A stretch of DNA of 64,000 bases. Source: Candidatus Dormiibacterota bacterium (lineage in GTDB: Bacteria > Chloroflexota > Dormibacteria > Aeolococcales > Aeolococcaceae). Position 1 is the stretch's first letter. Each line of letters starts with the position of its first letter. The stretch lies in NCBI GenBank assembly GCA_963709585.1, contig CAVPXI010000007.1, positions 448,001-512,000 of the forward strand. Direction: 5' to 3'. The translations under genes and the position numbers were made by a program. Below the pieces are notes generated by a model, which was given only the letters and a program-made list of their open reading frames with translations, searched no databases and was not told the origin of the DNA. This document shows, piece by piece, positions 40,201 to 50,083 of this stretch.

Positions 40201-41186
40201 TCACCGCGCTGCTCTTCGTCGCCAGCCTGATCCTCGTGGTGGTCGCGTCCGAGTTGTTCACCAACGCGATCGAATGGGCGGGCCACATGCTCAACCTCGG
40301 GAGCGGCGCGACCGGCAGCCTGCTCGCCGCGCTCGGGACGTCGCTGCCTGAGACGGTTGTCCCGATCGTCGCGCTCGCGACCCATTCGCCGGCCGCCGAT
40401 TCGGTCGCAACCGGCGCGGTGCTGGGCTCGCCGTTTCTGCTACTCACCATTGGGGCAGGCGCGACCGGGGTCGCCGTGGTACTGCGGGGCGGGGCGCGCC
40501 GGCTCGTGATCGACAAGCGTCAGGCGCGACGCGATCTCGGCGTCTTCCTCGGAGCCTTCGCCGTAGCGGTGCTCTCGAGCCTGCTGCCGAGCGGCGCCCG
40601 GATCGCGGTCGGAGCGCTGCTCCTCCTCGCCTACGCCGTGTACGTGATCGCGACGCTCCGCGGCAGTGGGGCCGCGGGGGAGGCTCCTGAGCCGCTGCAC
40701 ATCGTTCGCTGGCGGCCGGGCAAGCCGCACCCCGTCCTGGTGTCGGTGCAGCTCGTCATCTCCGTCGCCCTCCTGGTCGTCGGTTCGCAGCTCTTCGTGA
40801 GCGCGCTCGATCGGACCGCGTCGGCGTTGCAGATTCCCGCACTCGTGCTCGCGCTGGTGATCGTGCCGGTTGCCACCGAACTCCCCGAGACGCTCAACAG
40901 CGTGCTCTGGGTGCGCAGCGATGACGACATGCTTGCCTTCGGCAACGTCGCCGGGTCGGCCACCTTTCAGTCCTGCGTTCTCGCCGCCATCGGGGTCGTC
41001 TTCACGACCTGGCATCCGGGATCCGCGGGAGCCATCAGCGCCGCCCTCACCCTGCTGACGGCGGCGTTCCTGCTGGCGGTGCTCTGGCGCGGTCAGGCTC
41101 GGGGCGCCATTCTCATGCTGGCGGCGGCGCCCTGGGTTGTCTATGTCGTGGCGCAGGTGGCGACCGGGGGACGCCTGACGCTCTGA
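40197..41186 (+). CDS. Cation/Ca2+ exchanger (CaCA, sodium:calcium antiporter family)
   Basis: Alpha repeats GTSLPE and ATELPE, GNVAGS; about 10 TM helices. Confidence 0.88.
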   Translation: MITALLFVASLILVVVASELFTNAIEWAGHMLNLGSGATGSLLAALGTSLPETVVPIVALATHSPAADSVATGAVLGSPFLLLTIGAGATGVAVVLRGGARRLVIDKRQARRDLGVFLGAFAVAVLSSLLPSGARIAVGALLLLAYAVYVIATLRGSGAAGEAPEPLHIVRWRPGKPHPVLVSVQLVISVALLVVGSQLFVSALDRTASALQIPALVLALVIVPVATELPETLNSVLWVRSDDDMLAFGNVAGSATFQSCVLAAIGVVFTTWHPGSAGAISAALTLLTAAFLLAVLWRGQARGAILMLAAAPWVVYVVAQVATGGRLTL

Positions 41187-41205
41187 GACCGGCACAATCG
41201 GCGGC

Positions 41206-42082
41206 GTGATGCGAGTTCACGCGACCGCCGATGTCGAGGACTACGCCGCCGCGGCTGAGGGCTTCCTCAGGGCCGAACCCTGCGCCCGCAACGTGCTGCT
41301 GACAGTCATCGACCTCGTGCGCACCGCGCCCTCGACCTACAGCGCGCCGCCGAGCTTCTGGTGGATCACCGACTCCGGGTCGGTCGTCGGCGCGGCGAGC
41401 TGGACGCCTCCGCACGGCCTGCTGGTGTCCGCGATCCCGCCGGAGGCCGCGGCAGACCTGGCAACCGCGGCGCTCGAACGCGCGACCGAGCTCGGCATCC
41501 ATCCGGGCGGGGTCGTGGGACCGGTGTCATCGGCGCGCGCAGTCGCGGCGGCATGGACGGCCGCCACCGGCGACAGCATCGAGGTGGACCGGACGATTCT
41601 GCTCAACGAGCTCGAACTCGCTCACCGAGGTGGCCCGGCCGCCGGGTACGCGCCGTCCCGGGGTCGCCGGCGACGTGGCGTTGATCGCCGCGTGGCTCGA
41701 CGATTTCAGCGCGGAGATCGAGCACGTCGTTCCGCCGAACCCGAGTGCGATCGCCGATCACATGGTGCAGTCGGGGCGCGTCGACCTCTGGGAGGTCGAA
41801 GGACAGATCGTGTGCATGGTCGGCCATCGGGACGCAGCCGGCGTGGTGCAAGTCGGTCCGGTGTACACGCCGCCGGAGCATCGCAACCACGGCTACGCGA
41901 GGTGGCTGACGTACGAGGTGACCGCCCTCGCGCTCGAGCGGCCCGGCGTCGAGGGCGCCATGCTCTTCACAGATGCAGCCAACCCTGTCTCGAACTCGAT
42001 CTACCGCCAGGCCGGGTATCAGCCGCGCGGCGAACACGTGGAGATCGAGTTCGCGAAGCGGACGGTTGCGCTCGGGCACTAA
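41206..42082 (+). CDS. GNAT family N-acetyltransferase (frameshift near 41616)
   Basis: VGPVYTPPEHRNHGYA and LFTDAANPVSNSIYRQAGY. Confidence 0.85.
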
Positions 42083-42092
42083 AGTCGGCGCG

Positions 42093-42998
42093 ATGAATCT
42101 CGAAGGAAAGGTCGCCGTGGTCACCGGAAGCGGACGGGGCATCGGCCGTGCCTACGCGATGGCGCTCGCCGAGGCAGGTTGCGCGGTGGTCGTCAACGAC
42201 GTCGACGGTGACGTCGCGGAAGCGACCGCGGACGCGATCGCCGGCGCCGGCGGCCGGGTCGTCGCCGAGGTATGCGCGGTCGGATCCGCGGTGGCCGCGG
42301 ACCAGCTCGTCTCCGGTGCCGTCAAGGCGTTCGGGCATCTCGACATCATGTGCACCAACGCCGGCATCCTTCGTGACCGCGTGCTCTGGAACATGAGCGA
42401 CGACGACTTCGACGTGGTGATCGAGACACACCTTCGCGGCACGTTCACATGCGCGCGTGCGGCCGTGCGCCAGATGCGCGAACAGGGGTCGGGGGGACGG
42501 ATCGTGGTGGTCTCGTCGATCGCCGGGCAGCGCGGCAACTTCGGGCAGACCAACTACGCCGCGGCGAAAGCAGGCATCGCCGCATATGCACGCACCTGGG
42601 CGATGGAGTGCGCCAAGCACAACATCACCGTGAACGCGATCGTCCCCAACGCGATCACCCGGATGATCGCGACGATTCCGGGCATGGCGCCACTTGTCGA
42701 CGCGGCGGAGAAGGGCGAGCCACTCCCGGCGACGGTGCGCAAGCAGATGGGCATGGGCACGCCTGACGACGTGGCTCCTCTGCTCGTGTTCCTCAGTTCC
42801 GACGAGGCCGCGGGCGTCACCGGTCAGTGCATCGGTCTCGGCGGCGACAAGCTGTCGCTGTGGGCACACCCGAAAGAGATATCGGTGGCCTTCCGCGACG
42901 GTGGCTGGACCGCCGACGCCATCGCCGAGGTCTGGTCGACCTCGGTCGGCTCCGAGCTCGAGAGCTACGGCATCCCGTTTCTCGGAGGCTCCGCCTGA
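42093..42998 (+). CDS. SDR family oxidoreductase
   Basis: VTGSGRGIG, NAGILRD and NYAAAK. Confidence 0.92.
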   Translation: MNLEGKVAVVTGSGRGIGRAYAMALAEAGCAVVVNDVDGDVAEATADAIAGAGGRVVAEVCAVGSAVAADQLVSGAVKAFGHLDIMCTNAGILRDRVLWNMSDDDFDVVIETHLRGTFTCARAAVRQMREQGSGGRIVVVSSIAGQRGNFGQTNYAAAKAGIAAYARTWAMECAKHNITVNAIVPNAITRMIATIPGMAPLVDAAEKGEPLPATVRKQMGMGTPDDVAPLLVFLSSDEAAGVTGQCIGLGGDKLSLWAHPKEISVAFRDGGWTADAIAEVWSTSVGSELESYGIPFLGGSA

Positions 42999-43006
42999 GC
43001 CGAGCG

Positions 43007-43744
43007 CTACGGAGGCGGTGAGAGCGTGGGCGGTGGGTGCGGCGGTTCCGGGGTCAGGACGGGTTCGCTCGCCGGCGTCACGATGAGTGCCGCGAGGTTG
43101 TAGAGCACCGCGAGCGCGAGGATCGCGAGCGCCACCACCAGCCCGACGCCCGGGTTGACGCTGAAGAGCGATGTGATGCCGAGAACCCCGGGCCCGCCCG
43201 ATCCCGCGCTCGAGCTGATCTTCGCGAGAAGCACGTCGCGGACGTGGAGCTGATCGACGATGAGCAGCGCTCCGGCGGCGGCTGCGAAGCCCGCGGTGAT
43301 CAAAGCCCTGGTCCTGGCCGCCAGGAGGCCGAGCACGCCGGCACTGGCGACGACCAGCGCGAGGAAAACGCTGATCAGCCCAAGGATCGCCGGGAGTTGC
43401 GGGCCGATGTTTTCCGAGGAGGTGTCGAGGGTGGGCAGACCGCCGCTCTGCGTGCACACCGCCGGCACCGACCCGATCGCTGGATTCCCTCCGAAGGCGA
43501 GTTGCCAGCCGCTGTATGCGAGGACGTTCACCCCACCGAGCGCATCGACGCATGCGCTCGCCTGGGCCGACTCCGCCGCGCTCGCCCCCTGTGATGCCTC
43601 GACCGATCCGATCGTTGACCTGATCGTCGCCGCGTTGCACGACACCCCGGCGAACACCAGGAAGAACGAGAGGATGACCAGCAGGAAGAGGAGTGGGCTG
43701 ACCCGGCGGGCACCCGGCTCACCTGCCAGCGCGGCAGGGCTCAC
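43007..43744 (-). CDS. Hypothetical membrane protein (about 4 TM helices)
   Basis: Hydrophobic segments; YSGWQLAFG loop. Confidence 0.65.
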   Translation of the reverse strand: MSPAALAGEPGARRVSPLLFLLVILSFFLVFAGVSCNAATIRSTIGSVEASQGASAAESAQASACVDALGGVNVLAYSGWQLAFGGNPAIGSVPAVCTQSGGLPTLDTSSENIGPQLPAILGLISVFLALVVASAGVLGLLAARTRALITAGFAAAAGALLIVDQLHVRDVLLAKISSSAGSGGPGVLGITSLFSVNPGVGLVVALAILALAVLYNLAALIVTPASEPVLTPEPPHPPPTLSPPP

Positions 43745-43884
43745 GCGGCCGCTGGACCGGCCATCTCAGCCGGCCGATCACCGGGAGCGCAGGCGCTTTC
43801 TCCACTCACGCGTGGCAGTGTATCGGCACACCTATACTCGCCCGCGGATATCTCGCGGGGTTCGGAGGGAACATCATCGCGGGC

Positions 43885-44568
43885 TTGCGCCGCCTCGCCC
43901 TGATCACGACCGCCGCGCTGCTCCTGGTCAGCGGATGCGGCGGACCGTCGATCAACGCGACGTCGTTGCTGAGGACGACCAAGAGCGTTCTCGACAGCAC
44001 GCCGTCCTTCCATTTCGTGCTCACCAGCGCCAATGTGACCGGATCCGGGGCGCAACTCACCGGCGGACACGGGGACATGAAGCGGCCGGACAGCATGGCC
44101 GGCGTGCTCCAGGTGTCGATCTTCGGGCTGGCGCTCAGCGTGCCGGCAGTGTCGGTGGGGGGCACGTTCTCGGTGAAATTACCCACCGGATCGGGGTTCT
44201 CCACCGCGAATCCCGCCGATTACGGTTTCGGGGACCCCGCCAAGCTCATCGATCCGAACACCGGCCTGTCATCGCTCCTGCTGCGCTGCCAGTCGCCGCA
44301 GGTCGAGAGCGATGATCGATACAACGGTGAAGCACTGCACGAGATCGGGTGCTCGCTCCCGGGGAGCGCGGTGGCCGCGCTGCTCACCAGTGCCGATCCG
44401 TCGAAGAGCGTCGCCGCGACCTTCGGCATCGACACGAGCACTCACGAGCTCCGCCGTGTCGTGCTCATCGGGCCGTTCATCACCAAGGGTACCGACAGCA
44501 CCTATACGCTCGTTCTTACCAACTATGGCGAGAACGTGTCAGTGACGCCGCCGCCCGCCAGCGGGTGA
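43885..44568 (+). CDS. LppX/LprAFG-family lipoprotein
   Basis: Lipobox LVSGC, SFHFVL, DPAKLIDPNTGLSSLL and C-terminal YGENVSVTPP. Confidence 0.8.
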   Translation: MRRLALITTAALLLVSGCGGPSINATSLLRTTKSVLDSTPSFHFVLTSANVTGSGAQLTGGHGDMKRPDSMAGVLQVSIFGLALSVPAVSVGGTFSVKLPTGSGFSTANPADYGFGDPAKLIDPNTGLSSLLLRCQSPQVESDDRYNGEALHEIGCSLPGSAVAALLTSADPSKSVAATFGIDTSTHELRRVVLIGPFITKGTDSTYTLVLTNYGENVSVTPPPASG

Positions 44569-46331
44569 ACGCGCGCCGGCGCTGGATCCTCGCGATCGCG
44601 GCGGTGTCGGTGCTCGTCGCCGCGATGGACACCTACGTGATCGTGCTCGCGCTCCCGGCGATCATGGCCGACGTCGGCATCGGCGTCGACCAGCTCCAGG
44701 AGGCGACGCCGATCGTCAGCGGGTTCCTGCTTGGCTACGTCGTGGTGATGCCGCTGCTCGGCCGGCTCTCCGACCTTCACGGCCGCAGGCCGCTCCTGCT
44801 CCTCTGCCTCGCGGTCTTCGCCGCCGGCTCCCTTGTGACGGCGTCCGCGACCGACCTCGGCTCGGTGGTCGCAGGTCGGGCGCTCCAGGGCCTCGGCGGC
44901 GGTGGTCTCGTGCCCGTGACCCTGGCCCTGGTCGCGGATCTCTGGCCGCCCGACCGGCGCGGGCTGCCGCTGGGCGTCATCGGCGGCGTCCAGGAGCTGG
45001 GGAGCGTCCTCGGTCCGGTGTACGGCGGATTGATCCTCAGCATCGCGTCCTGGCAGACGATCTTCTGGCTCAACATCCCGATCGCCGCTACTCTCGCGCT
45101 CGGGTTGATTGTCGCGGGCCGCCATGGCGGGTCCGGGGTTTCGGTGCCGGCTCGCCCAGCGCGCGTCGACCGTGTCTCGGTCATGCTCGCCTGCCTCGCG
45201 GTCGTCGCCGGATGCCTGGCGGTCGCCGCGCCCGGCCCGCTCCGCGACAACGTCACCACGGGGGTGGCGTACAGCGCGCTTGGGGGCATGGTGTGGCTGA
45301 CGCCGATCGCGCTCGTCGCCGCGGGCGCGGCGGCTGCGCTGATCCTCTGGGAGCTGCGCTGCCACCGGTCCACCCGGGGACTGCTCGCCATCAGGCGCCT
45401 CCCCTCCCTGGCGACGGCGGTCGACTGGCCCGGGGCCGTGCTGCTCGGCCTCGCGCTCGCGACCATCATCGTCAGCTTCTCCGCCGAGGACCCGTCCACC
45501 GGGGCGATCTCTCCGGCGGCACTCTGGCTGCTCCCGGTTGGCGCGCTGGCCGCGGCGGGCTTCGTGGTCCGGGAGCGGCGCGCGGGGCACCCGCTCATCG
45601 CCGCTGACGAGCTCCGGTCACGAGGCGCCTATGGGGCGTTGCTGACCAACCTCGCGGTGGGAGCCGCGCTGATGGCGGCGCTGCTCGACATCCCCGTACT
45701 CGCCCGGGCCACGGTGGACCCGAATTCGCAGCTCGGCGCCGCCCTGGTCCTACTCCGTCTCCTGGTCGGGGTGCCGATCGGCGCCGTTGCCGGCGGCTGG
45801 CTCTCGCAGCGTCTCGGCAACCGACTGGTCGCCGCCGCCGGGATGGCGATCACCGCGGTGGCGTTCCTGGCGATGACGGGCTGGACGGCGACGACGCTTG
45901 CCGACCCCTTTGGCCCCGGGTGGCTGCATCCGAGCGACCCCGTGCTGGTCGCCTGCGGCCTGGGCTTCGGCCTGGCTATCGCGCCGGTCAACGCATCGAT
46001 GCTGGCGTCGGTGCAACCCCGCATGCACGGCCTGGCGTCGGCGCTGGTGGTCGTGGCGCGCATGATCGGGATGCTCGTGGGCATCTCCATCCTCACCGCC
46101 GTGAGCCTGCACATCTTCTACACGACCGCGTCGGCATTCCCGTCGCCGGCTGCGCTCTGTCCGACGTCACCGCTCAACTGCGCGGCGTACGAACGCGACG
46201 TCACCGCCGCGATCGTGACCGAGTTGCGTGCCGTCTTCCTCGGTGCCGCGCTCTGCGCCGCGCTGGCGGCAGTGCTCGCGGCGGCGCTGCTTCGAGGCCG
46301 GCCTGCACGGCTGGTGCCCGCAGTCGCATGA
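44565..46331 (+). CDS. MFS transporter, Rv1410c/P55-like
   Basis: AAMDTYVIV, QEATPIVSGFLLGYV, GRLSDLHGRR, QELGSVLGP and VVVARMIGML; GTGA overlap with the lipoprotein gene. Confidence 0.85.
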   Translation: MNARRRWILAIAAVSVLVAAMDTYVIVLALPAIMADVGIGVDQLQEATPIVSGFLLGYVVVMPLLGRLSDLHGRRPLLLLCLAVFAAGSLVTASATDLGSVVAGRALQGLGGGGLVPVTLALVADLWPPDRRGLPLGVIGGVQELGSVLGPVYGGLILSIASWQTIFWLNIPIAATLALGLIVAGRHGGSGVSVPARPARVDRVSVMLACLAVVAGCLAVAAPGPLRDNVTTGVAYSALGGMVWLTPIALVAAGAAAALILWELRCHRSTRGLLAIRRLPSLATAVDWPGAVLLGLALATIIVSFSAEDPSTGAISPAALWLLPVGALAAAGFVVRERRAGHPLIAADELRSRGAYGALLTNLAVGAALMAALLDIPVLARATVDPNSQLGAALVLLRLLVGVPIGAVAGGWLSQRLGNRLVAAAGMAITAVAFLAMTGWTATTLADPFGPGWLHPSDPVLVACGLGFGLAIAPVNASMLASVQPRMHGLASALVVVARMIGMLVGISILTAVSLHIFYTTASAFPSPAALCPTSPLNCAAYERDVTAAIVTELRAVFLGAALCAALAAVLAAALLRGRPARLVPAVA

Positions 46332-47725
46332 CCGCGACCGTCAGAGAGATCAAGCCGGAATCTCCGGAGCTCGAGGACGTCCTCGAGGCGATCGCGGGCG
46401 CCGCGAACACCCTGCAGGCGGAGGTGTACCTCGTGGGCGGCTTCGTCCGCGACCGGCTGATCGGCGGAGCGCAGGGGAAGGACATCGACCTGGTGACGGT
46501 CGGGACCGACCCGATGCCGCTGCTCGCCGCGGTCGCGTCCGAGTTCGGCTGGCACCCACCCGAACGGTTCGAGCGGTTCGGCACCGCGCAGATCCGGGGA
46601 GGCGCATGGATCGTCGAGGGTGTTCGCGCCCGGGCGGAGCGCTACGACCCCGAGTTGCGCAACCCCGACGTGCGGCCGGGCACGCTCGCCGAGGACGTGT
46701 GGCGCCGGGATTTCACCGTGAACGCGCTCTGCCAGACCCTCGGTGGCGAGGTGATCGACATCACCGGCCTGGGGATCGCCGACCTGCTCGCCGGGGTGCT
46801 GCGCACGCCGCTCGATCCAGCCGTGACCTTTGATGAGGACCCGCTCCGGATGTACCGGGCGGCTCGCTTCGTCGCCCGGCTCGGCTTCTCCCTGGCTCCC
46901 GGGACGATCGAGGCGATGCGAGCCCAGGCGGGGAGAACCTCGATCCTCTCCATCGAGCGAGTCAGCGACGAGCTCCGCCGCCTGCTGGTCGCTCCATATC
47001 CGAGCGCCGGGATCGCGGTGCTCCGCGACGGGGGACTGCTCGAGCTCGTCCTGCCCGAGCTCATCGCCGCGATCGGGATCGAACAGGGCGGGTACCACAC
47101 CGACGACGTCTACGGACACACCCTCAACACCGTCGAGGCGGCGCCGGCCGACCTGGTGACCCGAACCGCCGCGCTGCTCCACGACATCGCCAAGCCGCCG
47201 ACCCACGCGGTCGCCGCGGACGGGCGCCACACCTTCTACGACCACCCGCAGATCGGCGCGGACATGGCCCGGGCGATCCTCACCCGCTGGCGGTTCAGCA
47301 ATGACGAGATCAACGACGTGAGCGAGCTGGTGCGCCTCCACCTGCGCCCGATCCAGTACGACCGCGAGTTCTTCGGGGACGCGGCGGTGCGCAGGTTGAT
47401 CCGCGACGCCGGGCCGCTGCGTGCCAGGATGCTCGACCTCGCCCGAGCGGACACCGTGGCGTCCGCCTATCCGACCCTCGAGGAGCTCGACGAGCTCGAC
47501 GAGCGGATGGCAAGCCTCGACGCCGGCGGCGTGGTGTCCGCGATGTCCGACCCGCTGCGTGGCGAGGAGCTCATGGAGTTGGCGGGGCGCGGACCCGGAC
47601 CCTGGGTGGGACGCGCGAAGGCAGCGATCCGCGAGGCGGTGATTGAGGGAACGATTCCACCCGGAGACGCGGCGCTCGCGCGCGCATGGGTCGACGCGCA
47701 TCGTGAGATCCTGAGTGGCGACTGA
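46328..47725 (+). CDS. cca: CCA-adding tRNA nucleotidyltransferase with HD domain
   Basis: VGGFVRD, DIDL, RRDFTVNA, EDPLRMYRAARF and LLHDIAKP. Confidence 0.9.
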   Translation: MTATVREIKPESPELEDVLEAIAGAANTLQAEVYLVGGFVRDRLIGGAQGKDIDLVTVGTDPMPLLAAVASEFGWHPPERFERFGTAQIRGGAWIVEGVRARAERYDPELRNPDVRPGTLAEDVWRRDFTVNALCQTLGGEVIDITGLGIADLLAGVLRTPLDPAVTFDEDPLRMYRAARFVARLGFSLAPGTIEAMRAQAGRTSILSIERVSDELRRLLVAPYPSAGIAVLRDGGLLELVLPELIAAIGIEQGGYHTDDVYGHTLNTVEAAPADLVTRTAALLHDIAKPPTHAVAADGRHTFYDHPQIGADMARAILTRWRFSNDEINDVSELVRLHLRPIQYDREFFGDAAVRRLIRDAGPLRARMLDLARADTVASAYPTLEELDELDERMASLDAGGVVSAMSDPLRGEELMELAGRGPGPWVGRAKAAIREAVIEGTIPPGDAALARAWVDAHREILSGD

Positions 47726-47803
47726 ACGCACACCCGTGCGGCGTCGGTGAATCGTCGGTCCGGATCGAGAGCAACCGCAACAAAGTAGAATGCGCGGTTC
47801 GAG

Positions 47804-48184
47804 ATGTTGAGCAAGCTCCGCGGCGCCAAACGCCTTTTCGTCGACTTGCCACGCATGCTGCGGCTTGCGTACTGCCTGATGTTCGACGCGCGTGTGCCCG
47901 GCTACATGAAACTCGCCTTCGGCGGTGGACTCGCGTTGATCGCCCTTCCGGTGGTTGACCTTCCGGAATCCCTGCCGGTCATCGGCGAACTCGACGTCCT
48001 CGCGCTCAGCCTGCTCGCAACCCGCGCATTCATCGCAGCGTGCCCTCGTCACATCGTCGCGGAGCAGGAGGAGTTGATCACCCAACGGCGCAGTCGCTTC
48101 GACGATGACGTGCGCAACGGCGAGCGTATCGCCCTGATGATCTACCGGCGCCTCCGTCCCGAAGAGCAGGAGACGGTATCGTGA
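47804..48184 (+). CDS. YkvA/DUF1232-like small membrane protein
   Basis: DARVP..K and PVVDLPESLPVIGELD. Confidence 0.7.
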   Translation: MLSKLRGAKRLFVDLPRMLRLAYCLMFDARVPGYMKLAFGGGLALIALPVVDLPESLPVIGELDVLALSLLATRAFIAACPRHIVAEQEELITQRRSRFDDDVRNGERIALMIYRRLRPEEQETVS

Positions 48185-48627
48185 AGGTTCTGTTTCTGAA
48201 GGAAGTGGCAGGAACAGCCAAGCCCGGTGACGTTCGCGAGGTAACCCCGGGATATGCACGCAACTTCCTGTTTCCTCAGCACCTCGCGGTGATCGCTGAC
48301 CAGAACACCGTCGACCAGATCCGGCGGCGTGAGGAGGCGACGCGACGGCGCGTCGAGAAGGCGCTCATCGACGCCAGGGAGACCGCGCAGCGGCTGCGCA
48401 AGCTGACCGTCACCGTCTACGCCAAGGCCGGCGAGGCGGGCCGCCTCTTCGGTACCGTCACCACCGCCGACGTCGCCAAGCAGCTGAAGCGTGAAGCGGG
48501 CATCGACATCGACAAGCGGAAGATCGAGATCGATCCGCCGATCAAGTCCCTCGGGCCCCACGAGGCCACCATCGAGCTCCACCCCGAGGTCACGGAGACA
48601 CTCAAGGTCGTCGTCGCGGCCCAATGA
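48181..48627 (+). CDS. rplI: 50S ribosomal protein L9
   Basis: MKVLFL...GYARNFLFP, GRLFGTVT and IDKRKI. Confidence 0.97.
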   Translation: MKVLFLKEVAGTAKPGDVREVTPGYARNFLFPQHLAVIADQNTVDQIRRREEATRRRVEKALIDARETAQRLRKLTVTVYAKAGEAGRLFGTVTTADVAKQLKREAGIDIDKRKIEIDPPIKSLGPHEATIELHPEVTETLKVVVAAQ

Positions 48628-49997
48628 CCTCTCTCCCGCAGGCCGAATTGCTGGGGCGCGGGGCCGCTGCGGGGTCCGCCTCGATGCGTGTCCCGCCGCA
48701 CGACAACGAGGCCGAACAGGCGGTGCTCGGTGGCATTCTCATCGACCGCGAGGCGCTGTCGATCGTGCGCGACGTGCTCGTCCCCGAGGACTTTTACGCG
48801 GAACGCCACGCGGTGCTGTACCGGGCCGCGCTCGCGCTCGACGATCGTGGCGAGGCGATCGACACGGTGACGCTGCGCGACCAGCTCGAGCGCGGTCCGG
48901 GGATCGGCCGCGCGGGCGGCATGGATTACATCGCCGAGCTCACGCTCGTCGTCCCCAGCTCCGCGAGCGTCAAGCACTACGCCGACATCATCATCGGACA
49001 TGCGCTCCGGCGCCGCCTCATCGAGGCAGGCGGCAAGGTGAGCCGCCTCGGGTTCGACAACACCACCCCGGTGAACGAGGCGATCGACCAGGCGGAGCAG
49101 GAAGTATTCAAGATCGGTCAGGAGAGTCGCGGCTCGGAGATGCGCAACATCGCGCCGGTGGTGCGCGAGTGGTGGGACGTGCTCGAGAAGCGCATCGAGC
49201 ACAAGCAGCTGGTCACCGGCGTGCCCACGAACTTCTCGAAGCTCGACATGCTCACCCAGGGCCTGCAGCCCGGTGAGCTCATCATCCTGGCGGCCCGCCC
49301 AGCCGTGGGCAAGACGTCGTTCGCGCTCAACATCGCTCGCAACGCGGCGGTGCTCGCGGGCAGGCCGGTCGTGGTCTTCTCGCTCGAGATGTCGCGTCAG
49401 TCGCTGGTGCAGCGGCTCATCTGCAGCGAGGCGCACGTCAACTCCTACATGCTCCGCACCGGCCAGGCCAACTCGATGGCATTCCAGAAGATCGCCAAGG
49501 CGATGGACACGCTCACCCATGCGGATCTCTGGATCGATGACTCGCCGGGCCTCGCCATCAACACGCTGCGAGCACGTGCGCGGCGGATGAAGTCGCAGCA
49601 CAAGATCGAGCTCATCGTCATCGACTACCTGCAGCTGATGCAGGGGGGCAGGCGCGATTCGCGGGTGCAGGAGGTGTCGGACATCTCGTCGGGGCTGAAG
49701 GCCATCGCCAAAGAGCTGAACGTCCCCGTGCTGGCGCTGTCGCAGCTCTCCCGAGCGGCCGAGCAACGCGAGAACAAGCGCCCCCAGCTCAGCGATCTCC
49801 GCGACAGCGGCTCGATCGAACAGGATGCGGACGTCGTACTCTTCCTCTATCGAGAGGGGATGCACAACCGTGAGATCGACAAGGGCAAGACCGAGCTCAT
49901 CGTCGCCAAGAACCGCAACGGGCCGGTCGACGACCTGCCCCTGGTGTTCATCGCCGAGCAGACCGCCTTTCGGGAACCGTATCTGGCGGCTGAGTAA
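48624..49997 (+). CDS. dnaB: Replicative DNA helicase
   Basis: PPHDNEAEQAVLG, AARPAVGKT, DYLQL, SQLSR and LRDSGSIEQDAD; no intein. Confidence 0.97.
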   Translation: MTSLPQAELLGRGAAAGSASMRVPPHDNEAEQAVLGGILIDREALSIVRDVLVPEDFYAERHAVLYRAALALDDRGEAIDTVTLRDQLERGPGIGRAGGMDYIAELTLVVPSSASVKHYADIIIGHALRRRLIEAGGKVSRLGFDNTTPVNEAIDQAEQEVFKIGQESRGSEMRNIAPVVREWWDVLEKRIEHKQLVTGVPTNFSKLDMLTQGLQPGELIILAARPAVGKTSFALNIARNAAVLAGRPVVVFSLEMSRQSLVQRLICSEAHVNSYMLRTGQANSMAFQKIAKAMDTLTHADLWIDDSPGLAINTLRARARRMKSQHKIELIVIDYLQLMQGGRRDSRVQEVSDISSGLKAIAKELNVPVLALSQLSRAAEQRENKRPQLSDLRDSGSIEQDADVVLFLYREGMHNREIDKGKTELIVAKNRNGPVDDLPLVFIAEQTAFREPYLAAE

Positions 49998-50083
49998 CGC
50001 GCCGTCTGCGCATCGCGTTGCAGGGAAGAGTCGCTTGTCACGGTACGGCCGATGGCACATGGGAGCGGTCCAACCCTGATTCA

